Of a stretch of DNA of 64,000 bases, positions 57,232 to 64,000 are shown piece after piece. The notes beneath the pieces were generated by a model. That model saw only the letters and a program-made list of their open reading frames with translations. It did not search any database and was not told where the DNA came from. The number at the start of each line of letters is the position of its first letter. Positions within the stretch are counted from its first letter, which is position 1. Position numbers and translations under genes: made by a program. Source of the stretch: Octopus sinensis. Taxonomy: Eukaryota. The DNA lies in the NCBI RefSeq assembly GCF_006345805.1, contig NC_043007.1, forward strand, positions 57,660,001 to 57,724,000. Direction: 5' to 3'.

Positions 57232-57601
57232 ATGCTGCACGCTAGGAGGGACTTTTAAAGTCATAACTACCAAATATAAACAAATCGTACCGAATGCAAT
57301 TCTCGAAGCGAGTCATTTAAAAAGCCCGCCATTTACATAGATGTATGAGGGGTGAACAGTTCCATATGCTACGATGGATGCGACGGTTGTCTGTCTGGTA
57401 TGTTGATTTTGTTCATTCATGATATATCTTGAATTCGCTGCACTGACGAGCAAGGGTCGCAGATACTGCGTTGATTGCGAAATCACAGGTGATCTGTAGC
57501 TAAATTCTGTTTTTAAATGACTCGCTTCGAGAATTGCATTCGGTACGATTTGTTTATATTTGGTAGTTATGACTTTAAAAGTCCCTCCTAGCGTGCGGCA
57601 T
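57232..57601 (+). mobile_element. 370-bp foldback element with 92-bp inverted repeats and an internal hammerhead ribozyme
   Basis: Arms 57232-57323 and 57510-57601 are 91/92 complementary (the mismatch is G.U in RNA); 186-nt spacer; AT-rich flanks; no ORF. Confidence 0.9.
57431..57507 (+). ncRNA. Canonical type I hammerhead ribozyme
   Basis: Core CUGACGA 57443-57449 and GAAA 57479-57482. Stem II GCAA/UUGC with distal CGCAG/CUGCG hairpin; stem III AUCA(C)/(G)UGAU; AUC cleavage triplet ending 57494; stem I GCUGCA/UGUAGC extended by GAAUU/AAUUC. Confidence 0.92.
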
Positions 57602-57619
57602 ATATATAGATATATATCA

Positions 57620-59420
57620 AATGAAAAACAGAAGATGGAATATACGAGAATTTATTATTAATCGCGACAATTGTTTCGGCACATCTAGCATCGATTACTC
57701 TTGGGGAAGACACTCAACAACCAATTCAGGAGCATTCAATTCAGGAGCAATTCAAATGTAACTCGTCGAGGATAAATAAATACAACTCGTTAAAATGGCT
57801 GTCCCGCAATGTAACTTTGCATTTTGTAGAGTTAAAAGCAACCAGACGGAAGAAATATCTTCATTTATATAGAAGATCAAAAATAAAATCTAAGATGACA
57901 AAAAGAGAAACGAACATGCAATCCAGCGAGAAAAGTATTAAAAATAACCGTTAACAGATATGGATATATAAACGCTCTCGGGCAAGCGACCTGGCGCGAG
58001 TACATTCACTCATACAAGCATCCGCAAAAATGTGAGCATATGCACACGTGAGGTTTGGTGCACTCATGACCACAAGGCGAGTTATTTATCAACTTGGTGC
58101 TTATAAGAACGGGGAGCTTAAAAGTAAACTTAAGTCATCCATATCTTAAAGTAAATTAAGTTAATGATTACTCAAAATTCATTCTCACTGCATTGTGCGA
58201 AAGTATATTTATATGCGTGTAGGCATTAATGCTGTACTTCGTTTTATCCTCCTTCAGTCGCCATACAAAATTTACCAATGGTGTTGAATGTCTCTTATTG
58301 ATTGTCTTAAAGCTGGCAACATGGTTACGATAACCATTGTTAAATGAATCAGCTGTCTGCCCAATGTAAACATAGTGCCCTCCCCTTGTGTGCACATTTA
58401 TATATACAAGATTCTTACTCATACAGAGATTCATCAAAGGACATTTTGATTTTTCTCTGCATGAGCGTTTATCGTATTTATTTGTATATAAGGCAGTCCC
58501 GACTCCATTTACCGGCGTTGTTACCATGCTAACTGTATCATAAATGTTTCTACTACTACAAATTGGTCGTGGCTGGTATTTATCAATGCAGTTTGCATCT
58601 CCTTGGTTGGTATTTAGATGCAAATGTTCGCTAGATCAAGTAAGTGGGTTATTGAAACTTTGCTGTATTTTGCTATTGTTTATGCGACGGATAAGCTGAT
58701 CTAAATTAGCAGAGTTGGCGTAGGATACCTTCACGGTGTGACGATTAAAAATAGCACGATACCGATTAGATTTAGGAAAATACCTGTCCAAAGCAGCAAA
58801 AAATTTTCCAGCGATCTTGGTTGAAACATGCAAACCGAAAATCGAGTTGAATCAGGGATCATCCTGATTCCTATATCTGTTGTTTGGCTTATTTGATCGT
58901 GTGTGTTATACAGGATTGGAACAAGCAGTTGAAATATTATGTCGCATATGTCTATGAATTTTCGTTGGTAGTTCATTGATATGACCAATTCTTTCTGGCC
59001 TGTGTTCTTTATCTGAGTGACTTCTCAAACGGTAACGTTGTGTTGGTATACAATGTGCACCGCTGTTGGAGGAATTACCAGTGTTGTGTATGCCTGCTTC
59101 TTGTATGTATTGGATTTTTTCACGGTACTCAGCCCTAAGATGCATAAAATTCGAAGATTTTATTGTTAGCAGAGATTCTTGTAGAAATATTATTAACTAG
59201 ACCCCGTATAATCAAGTGTTGATGGTTGGATGCTACGTTAATGTACTTAATATGATTATTTGACTTAAGAAATGGTTCAAATATTCCAGTATCAAGACAG
59301 AAGGTAGTGTTAAGAAAATTCACTCTACGATAATCCTTACCTATAGTAATGTTTAGTCCTAAATTTTTGAAGAATTCTCGGCTCGGTATTCGGGGCGATT
59401 ACAGCCCATATCAGAATATA
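57620..59420 (-). mobile_element. Penelope-like retroelement relic (RT C-terminus + GIY-YIG) with hammerhead-relic tail
   Basis: FFKNLGLNITI..VNFLNTTF..KYINVASNH; KIAGKFFAALDRYFP..IFNRHTVKVSY; SCREKSKCPL..C..KNLVY..YIGQTA..RNHVASFK..STPLVNFVWRLKE. Tail at 57660-57700 reads taatcg..gccGAAACAAUUGUC^gcgatta with the CUGA core deleted; linkage of the tail to the ORF is inferred. Confidence 0.85.
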
Positions 59421-59523
59421 TGTCATGTGCTATGTAACAGCATTGGAGAATTTTTACATACATTAATACAAACAAACATACATACATTTACCTGTAATTA
59501 TTGGGGCCCTGGGATGTGTAACA

Positions 59524-59860
59524 CACTGCTTAAATACCAATTTTGAGAAATCAGACTTCTCAAAACCAGAAAGAAGAAAGCTAATTCGAAGACTGCAGAT
59601 CCAACCCATCACTGGAACTTCAAATGTCTGTAAAACTTACCAGACAGTTAACACTTAAATATAGATGAGTATGTCTAGATATGCAACTATATGCATGAGG
59701 ATACATACATAAAGCAAAGCATGCAAATCTGCACATACACATACATATGGACAAACAAAAATACCCCCTTGTTGATGTTGAAATTCCAATAAAGGAGACT
59801 TGCATCTAGGTTAGAAACTGGCTCTTTCTTTATTGGCAAGAAATCTTGAAATAAAACTGA
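59524..59860 (-). repeat. Second copy of the 49731-50042 repeat
   Basis: Reverse-complement homology along its length. Confidence 0.8.
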
Positions 59861-60513
59861 ACAAAAACATACATACATGCATGCATACATACATATATAC
59901 ATACATACATACATACATACATACATACATACATGCATATACACATACATACATACATACATAAAACATACATACATACATAAAATATACATACATACAT
60001 ACATACATACATACGTACGTACGGCGTGGTGAATTAGATATATGCTGCCATTTAACATAACTTGTCTCAGCTTTGCACACAATCTCTCTATAAAATGTTC
60101 CAGTCTACGTCCTCCTTTATGTCTTTCTCTATCATTTTCACCTACTCTCGTTCGCTCAGCTCCATCGTCTCTCTATCCATTTCCCTTCCTCTTTGTCTCT
60201 GTACGACTATTTCTTCTTCTTTATACTTTCCATTGTAACTATGAAGCGGGATTAATCAATATAATTAAACGAGATAATTAGGAAACTGTAGATTGCACCG
60301 AAGGGTGGCTTAATTACGAATTTATGGCATATTAGTGACAAGTACGAATTCTCACCTACACTCTTGTGCGTGCATATATATTTATATATATATATATATG
60401 CATGTGTGTGTGTGTATGTATGTATATACGTATGGGTGCGTATATGTTAATGTGTATGCATATATACACACACACACACATATATATATATACATATGTA
60501 CACACACAGACGT

Positions 60514-60551
<38 letters not shown>

Positions 60552-60568
60552 ACGTCTAGAAATACATA

Positions 60569-60804
60569 CAAGGGTTGGACAAAATAATGGAAACACCTAG
60601 CATCATAATTTTGAAATATCTATAAAACCGTCAAAAGCTTGTTTATTTTTATTTGTTTTTTTATTTATTATTAATGTTGCTTAATATGTTTTGCTGAAAT
60701 TGCTGTTTCTTTTCTGATATCATCAGAAAAAGGTAATTAAAATTCATTAAAATGGCAGATCTATCGGACTTTCAAAGAGGTTAAATTGTTGCTGCTCGTA
60801 TGGC
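60569..60804 (+). mobile_element. 5' fragment of the Tc1 family seen at 7851-9086
   Basis: ta-caagggttggacaaaataatggaaacacct..aaaatggcagatctatcggactttcaaagagg, closely matching 7851-8090. Confidence 0.93.
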
Positions 60805-61102
60805 TTAACCTGTAAGTTATGCCTAAAAGCGGCATTCCACATATTAAAACACAACTTTTCAATACTACTAAATAAGTATAATGTGGCTCTAGGTACATGC
60901 AAACACCACTTTTTTCAATCCTTCAAATTTTACCAAAAATCTAAATGCAACCTACATCACCACACAGTACATATACCGAACACCTCTTAGGTAATCTTCA
61001 ACGACCTTCTTTGATTTTCCAACGTCTTAATTCTTTAACTTTTCACTTTTTAATTGTAATTCTTTAATGCATATATAAACATATGTATATGTATGTATAT
61101 AT

Positions 61103-61145
<43 letters not shown>

Positions 61146-61307
61146 TATATATTTATAATAAGTGTAGATCGTATACGAGTGGGTATATATTTGTAAAAAA
61201 GAAGTTTGGAAACTAATCTCCCCTGTTCGAAAACATAGCCAACTAGAAACGATGTTTCTTGGGACTAAAGAACAGTAACATTTATCCCATCCAAAAAGTC
61301 ATCACTT

Positions 61308-61345
<38 letters not shown>

Positions 61346-62209
61346 TATATATAACTTTTTTCAGAATGAGATAAAAAAACCCAAGGCTGTGAAAATTTTA
61401 GAACATTTATAAATAGAAGGTCTTACTGCTGTCTCCAGGATATTTATTATAAGCAATAGTTAATTTAGACAAGATATGAAATAGAGAATGAAGTGGAGGA
61501 ATGAAAATAGATGTGAAATATACAGGGATATTGCATTTGTAGATCCATTATTTAGGCAGAAAGGTATACATATAAGATTCCAGTACCCTGTGAGTAAATT
61601 CCAATAGTATTTAAAATGTGTCATTCCAAGTATATAGTTTGTATACAGTGCTATTGAATCGAGGGTTTTAGTTAGTGACCTAAATGTAGGGAATGTATTT
61701 GTAAGATCAAATCGAAAACAGGAGAGGAGTAAAGAAAAGAGAAAAGAGAGAAGAAAAAACAAAAAAGGAAAAGAGAAACAAATAAGAAGAGAGGAACAAA
61801 ATAATGAAAGAAAAAAGGAGAAAAGAAAAACAATGAGAGAAATAATAAAGAGATGAAGACAGGGAAAGTGTACCAGTTAGTGGTCAGTCAAGATAACTTG
61901 AAAGTAGGAATGGGGAGAAGAGGGTGATAGAGAGAGAAAGATATTAGAGTGTAAAAAGATGATTGGGTAAAGAATAAAGGAGTGTCAGAAGGAAAGGGGG
62001 TGAGAGAGAGAGAGGTATAAATAGTGTAAAAAGTAAAGAAGTGTCAGTTATGTAGTGATAGAGTTTAAGTGATGGGGCAGAGGGAGGGGTAGTAATATGG
62101 TGGAATGAAGAACTTAGGAATATAGATTAGGTGGTTGACAGGTCAGTGCTTAGTAGTAGAAGAAAATATATATATGTGAAGATGTATACAGATTCATATA
62201 TTAGACATG

Positions 62210-62295
<86 letters not shown>

Positions 62296-62770
62296 GTGTA
62301 TATTTATACATATGTAGGTATCAATATCTACATATACAACTCGTACTCATATGTATATGTATACGTGTATCTGTATGTATTATTGCCCCTGTACACGCAG
62401 GCATATGTACTTTGCATACATACATACACCCATACATATATACACACACATATATATACATGCACATATGCATGCACTCATATACACACGAATATAATTA
62501 GATGGTTGTGATATTCGAGTATGAGTGAAATTAGGAGTTAAAATGTAGATTTATAAGGTGATTGGGATTACCTAAGGGGTATTGTGGAAATATACTGTAT
62601 AGTCGTTTATATTAAAATTATAAATTAGGTATAATTTTAACAATTATTATCTTTGAAGGTTATTTTTTTCCATGCTGACCACTTGATAAGTTCGTTATTT
62701 TATTTTAAATTAACGATCTTATCCTTATTTATATTAATTTATATATATATATTATATATATATATATATA

Positions 62771-62853
<83 letters not shown>

Positions 62854-63219
62854 ATATATAATATATATATATATATAGATATATATATATATAATATATA
62901 TATATATAATATATATATATATTTATATATTATATATATACATACACACACACATATATGGTGATTGCTGCATCTCCACACATGGTTGACGTCGAACTGT
63001 ACTTCACTGTCGGCAAGACACGCCTGACCTACAATTCTGACCTCCCAGATGATTATTCAGTTTCTTTGTTGATCTGCATACATTGCCACTCTTCTTTCGC
63101 CATAGGACTTTCAGTAGATTGAGTGAAAAATGGGGAAAAATAAGAAAAAAAAATAATATTCCGTTCAAAAGGGATCGTGTATCACAGAAGAATTTTTAAA
63201 ATGTTAACAGTAAGATTAG

Positions 63220-64000
63220 GTTTATCCGTGGAAAGGAAAGACTACGGAAAAGACCACGGTAACCTCTCTCTATCTCTCTCTTTCTCACTCTCTCTCTCTC
63301 TCTTTGATTTACAGGATCATGCTCAAAGTGGTTTCGTCCCCCGCACACACCATCTTTGCTACATTCACCAACCTTTTTTTCTTTTCTTTTTGAAACTTTG
63401 GGTAGACAAAACCTACCTCTCCATTTTCACCTTCCTTTTCAAGTGGTACTTGAAAAAGTTGACGAGCGATTGGCCAGCGAGGTAAGTGTTTGTCTCTAAT
63501 CCTTTCGCTCGAGCCCACAACGCACATTCTTTCACCATGGCCACCAGTACGATGAAGACTGCCTTGCCTTCCCGGTTGAGGGAAGGTGGCGGAGCAATTT
63601 TCACGATTGACTCGGCCAACAGGCGGACTCGTCCCACATGTAACAGCAGCCGTTCGGCATAAGTCCACAGGTCCGAAATGGTTGGACACTGCACGGGTGC
63701 GTGCAGAACGGTTTCGTCGCTCTGACTGCATCTCGGGCAAGTCGGTCCGGTGTGTCTGGAACCGTGCCTGTTGAGCTTATCCCGAAAGGGTAATGTTTCT
63801 CGATAGCAATGCCAGGCCAGGGATCTTTGGTGATTGTCTATAGGTCCCGGCCCGAAAGTTGTCCTGAACAGGCAGGTCAGGTGTTCCTCGTCGACGCCCA
63901 GATTCTACCCGAGAACGTCGTCGCACTTCCCCTCCACTAATCCTCTATAGAACGCGTTTGTTGTAATGAGGTCGCACAGAGAGATAGAAATGCTGGGGCA
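63220..64000 (-). mobile_element. Tx1/L1-type LINE ORF2 3' end (zinc-binding C-terminal domain), continuing beyond the window
   Basis: One frame from 64000 to 63413 with a single internal stop: ..RSLAWHCYRETLPFRDKLNRHG..TCPRCSQSDETVLHAPVQCPTISDLW..; after a frameshift VNVAKMVCAGDETTLSMIL*. GC-rich relative to flanks. Confidence 0.88.

Noticed and set aside
57324-57430. Second, antisense ribozyme in the foldback element (viroid-like ambisense arrangement)
   Set aside because: I read the reverse complement of the spacer and found no CUGANGA/GAAA core. Other ribozyme classes were not excluded and would need an Infernal search.

Overview
AT-rich eukaryotic DNA packed with microsatellites ((TA)n, (TG)n, (TCTA)n, (TATG)n, triplets) and decayed mobile elements. 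I found no host protein-coding exon, and nearly all ORFs in the supplied track are translations of simple repeats. The SINE families and repeat density fit an octopod cephalopod (Octopus-like) intergenic or intronic region; this is an inference, not a database match. Recognisable content: two tRNA-derived SINE families (about 12 and 5 copies); five Tc1/mariner-superfamily elements plus a 5' fragment, none intact; Tx1/L1, RTE and CR1/L2-type LINE relics; two Penelope-like (RT thumb + GIY-YIG) relics; and Helitron-type non-autonomous elements. The most striking signal is at the RNA level. A fully canonical type I hammerhead ribozyme (57431-57507) sits inside a 370-bp element bounded by a 92-bp inverted repeat (91/92 identical). 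Several minimal Penelope-type hammerheads with palindromic stem III are scattered through the window, including a shared CUGU core variant and one lying downstream of a tRNA-like promoter head. The window also holds several long inverted duplications, including a 266-bp, ~99% identical copy of a dead LINE fragment flanked by a 6-bp direct repeat.
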